From Camelus dromedarius (lineage: Eukaryota), in assembly GCF_036321535.1 (NCBI RefSeq), contig NC_087447.1, forward strand, positions 47,494,001 through 47,558,000: 64,000 nucleotides of DNA, written 5' to 3'. Below, one piece after another: positions 1 to 11,100 of the stretch (positions are counted from its first letter, which is position 1; each line of letters begins with the position of its first letter). Below the pieces are notes generated by a model, which was not told the DNA's origin, searched no databases, and saw nothing but the letters and a program-made list of their open reading frames with translations. The translations under genes and the position numbers were made by a program.

Positions 1-2069
1 TTCAGGGCTCTGTCCACAAACCAGTCAGGGTCCTTGAGCCTGGCTCTGATATTCCAAAGCTAGATCTGGTCCTGCTGAGCCACATTCCATGCCGGTCCTG
101 GGAGGACCTAGTTCACCCAGCAGTGTGGTCCAGACTCTACTGTGACCCAGTCAGCCCTCCCTGGGCCTCCTCTCAACCCATCCTGGTATCCAGGAGAACA
201 GCCACACCACCAGCAAATGAAGTGGAAGCCTGGCCACTGTCTGTCCTCTCTGTACCCCTCACCAAGATGGCTATCTCTTCTGTTACCACTGAGTCCCTTC
301 TAGGATCTGGTTCTCAGATCTCTTGAAAGGTGTGTGTTAGCTGGGTGTGCCTGCTGGGAGTGGTGGTTGCAAAGAGCCTGGAGGCTAGCTGAGCCACTGA
401 CCCAAGCAGCTCTGATAAACTCTCCAAGCCTTGTCTGTCTGATACCAGCCGGCCAACGTGTGACACAGGGCTCAGCCTCAACTCAGGATCCACTCAGTCC
501 AATTCAAGGATGGGTAGGCTCCTGGAACCAAGAATTTTGGAAATTTGGAAGCTGGGGATCATCAGCTCATAAAACCCTAGAATCCTTGATCCCCAATGCC
601 TAGAAGCTTAGACTCAGAATCCTAAAATCCTAGCTGCCCAATATGGGGAGAGGGAGGGTGGGAGTAGAGAGGGACAGAGAAGCCCTCCCCCTGACCCATC
701 TCACCCTTCACTGCCCTGTTTGGTTGGTTCCTGTCCTGACATGTCCACATCTGGAGGCTGCTGAGCCTGGGATGTCCCAGGAGCTGCTGCTTCCTGCTCC
801 CTCCCTGAAGCTGCAGGGATCCTGAGTCCATGACCAGGCCAAGGCCTCTCATTGAATCAGATGCTGGGGTCAGACCAAAGGCTCCTGACTCTAGGCCTGA
901 TTACAGGCAGAGCTCTGGCCCGAGCATTATGGTAGGAAGGAAGGGAAGGGAGAAGAGAAGGCCCAGGTGCAGGGCAGTGCCCTCTGGGGCAGGAGGGAAG
1001 ATGGCAGAGGAGACCCAGGCTCCTGGGGGTGGAGGTGGGGGTGAGGGCAATAAGCAATGGTAGCTCAGCCCTGCTACTGCTCCCCTATCCTGGGGGCTGA
1101 CACACCCCAGCACCGGCCTGGGCAGAAGGAGGCAGGGCCAGGCCAGGCTCCCCTAGGAGCTCCACTCAGCTGAGAATCCAGGTGTGACTTCCAGCTTCCT
1201 ACCCTGGGAATGGGGACAGAGGAGTGTCCGTAAGAGGGCCCAATCCTCCCCTCCCTCCCCCTTGCCCTCACAATCTTTTGCTCTCACAACAATGAAGACA
1301 ATGAGGAGAAGGAAGATTTTGCCACATTCTATCCTGGGGTGCGGTGGGGATAAATCTGACCCCTGAATCCTCCTCTGGGCTCCTTTGGCCGTAAGCATCA
1401 CACTCTTGACCGCAGCTGATCTCTACTTTTTAGCCTTTTAGCTCTGGAACCATGTTCCCTAGGTTTGTTCATCTAGTCACAAACACCTGACTGTACCAGA
1501 CCCCAGGCACTGAGAGGAGTCAGGTTCCTGGTTTGGTCAGAGAGAAAGACTTGGACTCTGTGACAACAGAGGGTGGGCAGTATCCGAAGGAAACTCAGGG
1601 CTTCAGAGGCCCAGGAGGCCCTGACCAGGCCCCAGGTGGGCAGGTAGAATACAGGCCTCAGAGCTCCCTGCCTGGCTGCCAGTCCCAGCTCTCCCTTCCT
1701 TCAGCTAAAAGAGTGTAGCTGAGTCACTTAACTTCTACTGATCTGTTTCCTCCTTAGCAAAATGGGATCCAGGAGGACTACCGTATTCAACAAAGCCAAG
1801 GGTGGACAGGACAGGACCAGAGCAGTAAGCAGACCTCCAGGAGCTGCTCACCTAGGACTTTGACAGCAGCCAGTCCAGCCTGCAAGCAGGATGCCCTTGC
1901 AGGCATCCCATCCCCACAGCTGGTCACCAGTAATGTCACCTGTCTAGGTGGCCCTCCAGTCCCTGCCTGCCACCCCAGTGAGGAGTTTGCAGAGTAGGAC
2001 AGGATGTTGGACTCCTCTGCTTGTAGTGTCTCCCAGTACTCAGGGTTCCCACTGTGAAGCAATAGAAAT

Positions 2070-2265
2070 TCAGACTCCTTGCTCTCCTATATAATAAATG
2101 ATCTCAGAAAAATCACTTAACTTCTCTAGGCCTCAGTCCTCATCTCTAAAATGAGAACAGTGCCTACCCCATAAGACTTCTTGAGAATTAAATAAAATCA
2201 GTACATAAAACGTTTAGTTAGCACAGTGCCTGGCATGTAGTAAACTTCCAAGAAATAGTAGCTAC
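2070..2265 (+). mobile_element. MIR SINE relic
   Basis: MIR core: tcacttaacttctctaggcctcagtcctcatctctaaaatgag ... agcacagtgcctggcatgtagtaa. Confidence 0.75.
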
Positions 2266-3009
2266 TGCTATTATTATTACTACTATTAAATAGTAATTTT
2301 GTTATTGAATTGGTCTCTTAACTCTACATCCCCTCCCAGTGACTCTGATTGTCCCAATGGTCTGGGACAGATGTCCTGATTATGGGACAGAATTTTTTTC
2401 CCTGTCTAAACTGTTTCAAAGGATGAGACAGAGAGAAGTTCCACAGGAAAGTCAGACAGAAGACCAGCCACACACTGCCCGCCCACCCCTAGCCCCAGGC
2501 CACCCCTGAACCTGGGGTCAGCTGCCTTTTTGGGCTGGGACTATCCTCCTCAGAGCCCCCAGAACCCTAGTTGGAATGTATAGGAAGATGGCCTGATGGG
2601 GGTGCTAAGTGGACAAGATGTCCTCTCTGATCAGGGCTGGGGGTGCTGGTGTTGAGTCAGTGGCAGGCCCTGAGCTTTGCGGGGAGTGCACTTGTCAGGG
2701 ATCTCTGAGGGCCCTTATATGAAGGGCCTCCTGCTGTTTGGACCATTGGTGCAGAGCGCCTTCCTGAAACATGAAATGCCCTGTGCAGAGCTGTGGAGGG
2801 GGACGAGTCAGCTTGACTGAGACCAGAGGAAGGGCTGACAGGGGCCATCCAAGGGACTGGGCCACGTCTGCTTTGTTGGGGTCACACTCCACTCAAGGCT
2901 GCCTTGGCTACCGCCCATGAGAATGCCTCTCACTGAGTGGGACCCTGGACTGAGCTCAGGGGTGACGTCAGGCTAGGGAAGGGGAAATCAGGCCAAAGGA
3001 GGCAAACAA

Positions 3010-3140
3010 GCGCCTGAGTCCTGATACTGCCAATACCCCTTATTTGCTGTGATCTTGGGCAAGTTACTTAACCTCTCTGTGCCTCAGTTTCCTTATCTGT
3101 AGAATGGAACCTAACTTCTAGGCTTCTAGGGAGGATGAAA
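3010..3140 (+). mobile_element. MIR SINE relic
   Basis: gtgatcttgggcaagttacttaacctctctgtgcctcagtttccttatctgtagaatgg. Confidence 0.75.
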
Positions 3141-5419
3141 CAGAGGTGCTGTGTGCACACTTGCTGGCATCATTCTCTCTGATGTTACTACTCAGCTCTC
3201 TCTGAGGCTGTTTCTTCCCCTATTGTTACTGGAGGGTGACTTTTGTCTCCTGGAATGATGTAAAGTTAAATAAAGTAACAAATGTGCAGTGCCAGGTACA
3301 CAGTAGGTACTCAAATCTAGAAGAGCTCCCTCCCTCCTCACAAAAGAGCCCAGATAGGAGGCAGGGTCAGTCCTGACCTCCACTAGGGCTTGCTGTGTGA
3401 CTCTGATCTGACTCTCTCTGGCCCCTGGTCTCAGTCTCTCCTGTGAAAAAAGCCTCAGGGCTGAGCAGTCTCTGACTGGCCGTGGCTGTATCTGCTCCAG
3501 CCTCCCTCCCACCTCCGTTCCCTCCTTCCTTCTCCATTTCCATTTCATGTCCTACTGTACCCCTTCCTGCTGCAACAGAACCTTTGGGAGCCTAAAGCAG
3601 AGTGGAAGGAACAGCTGGCGGGCAAGGGGTATCAGCCTTTAAGCAGCCCAGGGCCCATCCCAGGCCCCCAAGGGTTAAGATCTAGAGTGAAGGGCGGTGG
3701 GGGGGCCAGGGTCAGCACTGGGCAGACGGGCCTGCAGCCCAGGGCCTCTCTCCCCTCCCCCCACCCTGGGAACAGAGGCCACTTGTTTGGGCATCAGCCG
3801 GCTGGCTTTGAGCTTGGCCAAAGAGAGGGTGGGGAGGGGAGAGGGCCCCCGAAGAAGCGGAGGGGACTCCCCTCTCTCCAGCTGATTCCCTAGGGTTTAG
3901 TACTAGGCTAGTCCACCACTAGCCCTTAGGGCTCTCAGAGGCTTCTTACCCCTCTGAAGTGACCCCTTCCCCCTACGTTCTCCTTGTCTTCATTCAAACA
4001 CTCACTGCTGGGGGAAGGGTTTAGACTCAGATAGGTCCAATTCTTGCCCCAGCAGAGTCTCTCTTTGGAGTGTGAGACCAGGGCTTCTCAACCAACCCTA
4101 CAGACAGGGAAATGGAGAAGTCTGGGAACTTGCAGAGTCACATAGTGTTTGGTGGTTGCACAGGGACTGTCCCAAGTCCCAGTCATCCCCATGACTCTGC
4201 AAGCCCCTTCCCCACAGAGCTCCAAGGAGGCCCTTCCCAAGCTGTGCCACTATTCAAGACTGAAAGGCTAGACAGGAGGAGGCAATAAGCAGCCCACCTC
4301 TGAAGTTCCAAAGGACCTAGGAGGTTTGGATGGGGAGAAAACTTCTGGAGGATAGGGGGAAGACAAGCAACCTGCACAAAGGGCTGAGGCTTGATGTGTG
4401 GGAAAGTATGGCTGGAGTCCAAGAGATGGTGGGGGTGAGGCTGGGGCTGATAAGGGCGGCCTGAATGCCCCAACAAAGCCTGGGGACAATCAAAGCCTCT
4501 GGTGTCTTCTGCCCACTTCCACATCACAGCTGTCAGGACTCTGCCTGGGACAACCCTCCTCTTGCCCTACTCCAGGGAGCAAGCGGCAAATGGGGAGACA
4601 GGATTCCCAGGCCAAGGTCTGGACAATCGTCAACCAGCCATGGGACTGGGGAATCAGTACTCTCTACACCCTACCCCTGTTACCCATTCCAGCCACACCC
4701 ATCTCCTTGCCATCCCTCAACTTGCAACATTATGCAAGCTGCTGCCTTTGCACAAGCTATGCCCTCCTCTGAGGTCCTTATCCTTGTGAATTACTACTTA
4801 ACTGCCAAGGCCCATTCCAGTCACCTCCTCCTCCCTGAGCCTCCAAGAGTCTCAGCCCCTGATTCCATCCCAGTACCTGTCTGCACCTGTCTTCTGACTC
4901 TGCTGGGCATTTTCTACTCTGTAATGAGCTTGCTGGGAGGTCTCTCCTAGCCTGGACGTTCTGCTCTCTATGCCAGGCATGCTAGGTGCCTCTGGACCTC
5001 GATGCACAGCACACAGCTAAATCCTTCCCTGAGTACCACCATATATCTCTCCAACCCCGCAGCCCTCTCCCCACCAAGCCTGGGTATGGGGGAAAGCTCC
5101 CCAGGACGGGAGCTTTGGGGGAGAGGGATGCATATGCCAGATGCCAAACAAAGTTCCGCAGCACCAAAACCCACCTGGGACCACACACCCACCCCGTGCC
5201 CCCAGGCTGCACTCCAAGTCTGCTCTCTCTAGTCCCAATAACCCACTCCACGCTTGACCCCATTCAGTGAACACACACCTTCTTTTTACAGCAATTGGGC
5301 CAAGTAGGGGCTCTTGGGAGGCCATGCCCCATTTACCGGTGGGGAACTGAGGTGCAGGGACCGGAAGTAGTTTGCCCAAGATCACTAGAGCCCCAGTTTC
5401 AGCGAATAGGGTCATAGGA

Positions 5420-6230
5420 ACGTGCAGACCTGTAAGGGTCTCCGCGGTCAACGAGGTGGGAGCCTTCATTTTACAGATGAGAAAACCAAGGCGCACGAGG
5501 GCAGGTTAGCTCCGAATCCTGGGAGCCTTCAAGCCAAAAGGCTAAAGGGTTGAAGGACCACTGTCCTGCCGGTTCGCCCTTCGCCCTACCGCCTCAGGCC
5601 CGACCTCGCATTCTCAGGAGCCGACCCCCATACGCACCAGCAGTCAGAATAGACGCCGTGACCCAGAGAAACGCCCGCGGAAGTAGGCGCCGGTCGCAGA
5701 GTAGCCGAGCGGCCTCGGCGTTCCCTTCTGCGGAATGGGGAACTCCAGGCTACACCTGGCCAAGGGGAGGCGGACGGGGAGGACCCGGCAGCCGCACTGA
5801 CCTGTTCTGAGCGAAGACTCCACGCGTGGAACCAGGGTCCGGGAACCACCACTGACTCACGGCGCAGCAGTTAACTCGCGGCCACAGGCCGGGCGCGCCC
5901 ACCCCGCCGGGCGCTTCCGCCCGCCCCACGTGACGCCCCGGGGAGGGGGAGGGCGGGGAAGGGTAGGGGCCCGCCCCCTTCCCGGCCACGCCTATTCGCC
6001 GTCTTTGAGTGGGTTAGCCTGGCCCGCCTTGCGGACAGGTGGGTCTGTGCGTCTCCAATCCTCTCGCTACTCACAGGTCCGTTTCTGTCTCCTGAGGCTC
6101 AAGTCTACTTTTACCACCACCGCCCTCTGAGTTTCCATGTCTTCCTGACTCGTCATTGCCGCCCTTCTCCCTGGTGACTCTGCCCCTCGTAGGGACAAGC
6201 CACAAACCGCCCCTACTTCAGGGCGGTTAG
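5420..6230 (-). promoter_or_regulatory. ARAP1: CpG island; probable promoter/non-coding first exon of ARAP1 (long isoform)
   Basis: CpG-dense, with GC boxes and a CACGTG E-box (~5927). Minus-strand donor-like sites: CAG|GTCAGT (exon end 5802), GCC|GTGAGT (5861), CCT|GTGAGT (6075). Gene assignment rests on mammalian synteny only (ARAP1 starts just downstream of the STARD10 3' end); no ARAP1 coding sequence seen. Confidence 0.6.
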
Positions 6231-7725
6231 GGGCAGTTGGAGGCTGGAAGACCAAAGTCTCTGACCTCCTCCTCCAGGAAGTCCTTCCCCACTTCATTCT
6301 TTGAGGATATCTTACTTCTCTCCCTGGGCCCACATCTTCCAGTGGCAGAGTAGTGGGGAAGATGCATTAGAAGGCCCAAGGATCCCTTGGCTAAAGGCTG
6401 TAGCCTGAGGTCCTGGCACCCAGACACCTTCCCTGGCCTAGAGAATGGGAGATTTCCAGCCATCCTGCCAGCACACACACAGATAAGGGCCTTGGGGCTG
6501 GTAGGCATTCCTGGGTCCTGTGTCCAGGGCTGAGATTGGGAGTCATTAATTTGAGCACCTACTACATGCCAAGCCCAGTGCTGGGCAACTTATTCCTTTT
6601 ACTTAATCTGCCTGAAGGTAAAAATCATCACCGCAGGTTATGAATTAGTAAATGAAGCTCCAAGAAGTTCCAGGGCTTGCCCAAAGTTACAAAGCCAGTG
6701 TTGGACAAGCTGGTTAAGTCCTGGTGAGTTATAGAAACTCCTGCCTACCCACACTGGACGTTCACTCTGCCCCTCTAGGAAAAAGAAGACTAAGAGTCTT
6801 CCTGACAAGGCAAAGGTAAGTCACTTCCCGGGAAAGGAGGGCAGGACCAGACCTTGGGGAGAGCTTCAGGCCCCAAATTCAAATGGGGTACAAAAACACT
6901 GGAGAGGGGCAAAGCACAGGCCCCTCCTCCCCACCTGATAGCAGGGGTGTCCCTGGGGCAGCAGAGGGCACTTGGAGACCACAGAGAACAGAAGCTCAGG
7001 CATCCCTGTAGACTTCAAACAGCCAAGTGAAACACAGGATCAGGGGACTGGCTTCTGACCACTGGCAAGGGGCTGGAGGCCCTACCCCTTCTGTTAACAC
7101 AGGCCTGATGTGTTCTAAATGACCCAGGGAGGGCTCAAAACACAGGGTTTTGTCCTTCACTGCACTGGAGTCTGATGACAGTCACCTCAACCCCCAAACT
7201 CCCTCCAGAACATGCTGCCCCAACCTAAGCTCTGAGGCCCACAACCCTGTGGTCTGAGACCCAGGGACTTCTTCTCCTCCTTCAGTCACAACTGGAGAGT
7301 GTCAGACCCCCCAGTCTACAGGTTGGACCCAGGGGGGGCCTTAGGCTAAAGTTCTTTCAGTTGAACCCCACTCTCTGACCCCTGACCCTGGGCCTCTGGC
7401 CTAACCTGCTCCTTCTCTTAGAGCAGTGAAAGGGAGCCAAATAGCCTGGAGTGAATGGCAGAATGAACACACAAGGACAGGTGGATGGATGAAGAGTGAA
7501 CTAATGGATAGACACAAGGAGAATGAATACACCATGGACAGGAGGGTGTGACCCCCCCCCCAACTACACATGGGGAAATGAGGGGATGCCTAAAGGGGCA
7601 AACGCCAAGTGATCAATAATGAAATTAACAAAATGAACTGTAGAACTAAAGGACCAAGGGCAGCGGCTGTGCCCTGAACAGGTGGGAAGCAGGGAAGGGA
7701 TGAGCCGGCCGAGGCTGTGAGATCG

Positions 7726-7731
7726 TTTATT
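7726..7731 (-). terminator. STARD10: Polyadenylation signal AATAAA of STARD10
   Basis: TTTATT on + at 7726-7731, ~155 nt past the STARD10 stop codon. Confidence 0.8.
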
Positions 7732-7884
7732 GGGGCTGTGTCCAGCCAGGCCGCAGCGCCAGCCTGGACCAGAAGCTCGCATCCCCAGGAGGCGCAGAGG
7801 CTGGGGGAGGGGAGAAAACGCGGGAGAATACACCGCCCCTGGGCTCCGCCCCATCTTGTCTGGGTGCCTGCCCTGGTGCTGAGC

Positions 7885-8130
7885 TCAGGTGAGCGAAGTG
7901 TCGTCGTCACTGCCCTCGCCGCCCGCGCCGCCCGTGCGCTCCTCCCGGCTCTCTGTCACCGCACTCTCGTCGATGTTCTCCAGCGAGTCCGCATGCTGCA
8001 CCGACAGCTCCGACAGCGCCAGGCTCGGCAATGGGCTCTGCTCTGGGTGTAGCCACGGTTTGAAGTGCGGCTGATGCTTCTGCTTCCACTCAGGGTACTT
8101 GACGCATGCCTTGTACATCTTCTTCATGGC
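7885..8130 (-). CDS. STARD10: STARD10 last coding exon (AMKKMYKAC...DDDTSLT*)
   Basis: Acceptor CCGCAG|GCC; stop TGA at 7887-7885; retains the acidic S-D-D-D tail (Ser284). Confidence 0.96.
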   Translation of the reverse strand, partial: AMKKMYKACVKYPEWKQKHQPHFKPWLHPEQSPLPSLALSELSVQHADSLENIDESAVTESREERTGGAGGEGSDDDTSLT

Positions 8131-11100
8131 CTGCGGACCCGCCGCACCGCCGAATCAGGGGTGAGCTAGGCGCGGGACTAGATCTTGGTCAAGTCCTCTC
8201 CCGCGCCCTCCAGCGGCTCAGCCCGCAGCTCCCAGGATCCTGCTTCTTGCCCCAGTTTCAAAACTCCGCCCCTCAGCCCTAGCTCCCCACCGTGACTCCC
8301 AGTCTCCAACCCTGACTCCCCCTCCTCATCCCGGAACCCTCACCCCAACATCCATAACCCCAAAGTCCCAAGGCCACTCACCTTGGGAGCCAGGAACTGA
8401 GAAGATTTATTCACCACCCACTTGGGTAAGGAGCCTATGAGGTCAGGGAAGGGTAGTGAGGAGAAAAGGGAAAAAGCAGCATCAGGGACCCAGCCCCCAC
8501 CAAACACACATACCAGCCCCCTCCCTCCAGCCTGGGGCTTCCAGGGAGGACACCTTCTTCTCCATGGATGGGTGGGTGGGAAGGTGATGTGAAGCCAAGT
8601 TCTTTAAAACTTCATCATCTTCACTCCCTCTTTCTACCTTGGACCAAGGTCCTCAGGCTCAACTCTTGTTACCCCCTCTCCTCCCCTGCTCCCCCTACCC
8701 AGCTCCCAGTCCCCACCCCAGGCCCTCTGCTAAGCCCCAGACGGCTGCATGGAAGAAAACCACAGGGTCCTAGGTGACCAAAGGCAACACATGGATTGAA
8801 ATCCTGGCCAGTCAAGCTCCCACCTGCTGCCTGCCCTTCAACTCACACTGACTTCTTTTCTCATACTCATCCCCTCTACCTTCGGTGGCCCTGATGCTCA
8901 GCCCCTCCTTTGCCTGTTCTTCCAAGCCCCCTGCCCCAGGAAGCCTAGCTGCTACACAGGCCTCTGGGCTGAGCATGCCAGCCTGGACTCACCTGGAATT
9001 CATGGCCCAGTTCTCCACCCTGTCTCATTCTCGAATGTCTACTCTGCCTCTAACACCAGACTCACTCCTCCAGAGGTGCTGGGGAGCTCTGGCCCTGGCC
9101 ACTAGGCCCTCAGTGATGCTGAGGGTATACCCAGGCAAAGATACTCAGGACTTATTTACCCACCCACTAGTCATTCATCCATTCCCTCTCTCACTCCGCA
9201 TCCATTCAGTGATACCCACACTCGACCAGCCCTGGAGACCTAGAGAGAGGGCCCCTCAATCTTGAGGGGCCCAATAATGTGCCAAGTGCTCTGCTAGAGG
9301 GGGACAGTCCCACAGGGCAGGGAGTCAGTGACTCCTATGAGTATCAGGGATAGAGGAGGTGACATCTGAAGCAGCCCTAGAGGGATGCGTAAGGGAGGAG
9401 AGGTATTTCTAGGCTGAGGGAAAGGGCTGCCTAGACAAGAAGGTAGGAATATGTAAGCTGTGTGGAGGGACTGGGAAACCTGAGGAGAGGACTTAGACTC
9501 CCCTCTGAAGGCAATGGAAAGTCACATCACAAAAGAATTTTAAGCAGAAGAGAGTCACAAGGAAATAAATCTTCTGGAAAAATTCCTCTGGTAGCTGTAT
9601 GCACAGACAAGGTGGCTGAGTATGAAGACAAATGACAGATTCAGGAGCTATTTAGGAGGTAGAATCAATAAGAATCAGTGACTAGATTTGGGAGCTGAGA
9701 AGAGGGGGCCCCAGACAACCCCCAGGTTCTTGGCATGAGTGACTGGAGGGCGGAGACTTAGAAGAAGGGGCAAGTTAGGAGGGGAGATAGTGAGTTCAGC
9801 ATTGGTCACAGTGAGTTTCAGTGATACTAGGGGACACATCCCAGAGGCCAGTGGCCACAGGGATCTGGGTCTCCACAGAGACAGATGTGGTCACCTGGCT
9901 ACAGAAGCCTGGAGAGGAGCTGAGCCCTCCCAAGGAAAAGAGGACTGGGGCCTGGAAAACCCAGACCTCCAGGATGGGCAGAGGATGGGGGCCAGTGAGA
10001 CAAACGGAGTGGGAGCAGTCAGTGAGCAGGGAGCAAGTCAGAGCATGGGGGTGTAGGAGCCCAGGAAGAGGGCTCTAAGCTTCGCCATGGAGCAATGGCT
10101 ACCACCCTGGCCCTTGCTTTTCAAACCATTGTAAAGACTCAAACTTTGGTTCAAATATTTGGATGGAGATGCTCCCAAATACAAAACACCTCCTAACAGA
10201 AGCCTTTTTTGATCCCAGCTGATCAAGGCCCATCCCCTGTGGTTTAGGGAAGAATCCCATGATGGGCTTCCAAGACCAAGCCCTCACCTTTGGGGTCCAC
10301 TTGGGCCAGGTAGGTGATGACGCAGTTCTTGGGCCCCGTGCTCTGGATGAGGTAGCCCGTCTGGATGGACACAGCTCGGACCAAGTCTTTCCGAGGTGGG
10401 TATTTCTGGGGATGGAAGGCACAGGGAGGTGAGACTCAGGGTGGGTGCAAAGGAGGCATCTTTGTGAGTACATGCGCACGTGCGTGCACGCACACATACA
10501 CACACACTAGAGTTGGTTCACATCCCCTGGCATCCACTCCAGGCCAGGCCTGATGCTGGGGTGAGGAGGAAGGGAGGAGTGAGACTAGGTCCTCCTTGCC
10601 CCTCTTAAGATTTCCCTGTGCCCCTCTTAAGATTTCCCTGTTCCCCTCCAGAAAGACCCCAGTTTGTGGTCAGGATTCATGAGCATACACATGGGCACAC
10701 AGACACACACATACACATAAACCTACACACTCATCCTTGCCCAGGCCAGCTGTACTGCCTGTCCTGCCTGCCATGGAGATCAAGATGACCATCCTTAGGG
10801 AAAGCCAGAGACCCTTGCCTCTCACCCCTTACTCTCCCCTTTCCTGGCCAGCCCATCCCACCCACTTATCCACAGTGATGGCCCACACTGCTCTCTCCTT
10901 ATCTGCTTGAAAGCCCCAGCAGGGAGATAGGAGCCACTGTTCTCACTACCTACGAAGGAAACTGAGAGCCAGAGGGCATGCCTGGCCTGAAGTCACAGGG
11001 AAGTCATGGTAGCAGCCAGGGCCCTCTCCCTGGGCTAGGCCTGCTGGCCCAGCCCTACCTGGTACCTTCCCCTGTTCACCCAGCAGGGAAGGCAAGTTGA

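Noticed and set aside
1..5400. Short ORFs as possible ARAP1 coding exons
   Set aside because: None resembles ARAP1 domains (SAM, PH, ArfGAP, RhoGAP); consistent with intronic sequence
7717..8074. Plus-strand ORFs over the STARD10 last exon
   Set aside because: Antisense frames of a GC-rich coding exon with no independent support
8406..8411. Minus-strand AATAAA
   Set aside because: Lies inside a STARD10 coding exon (Asn-Lys codons) just before a strong donor
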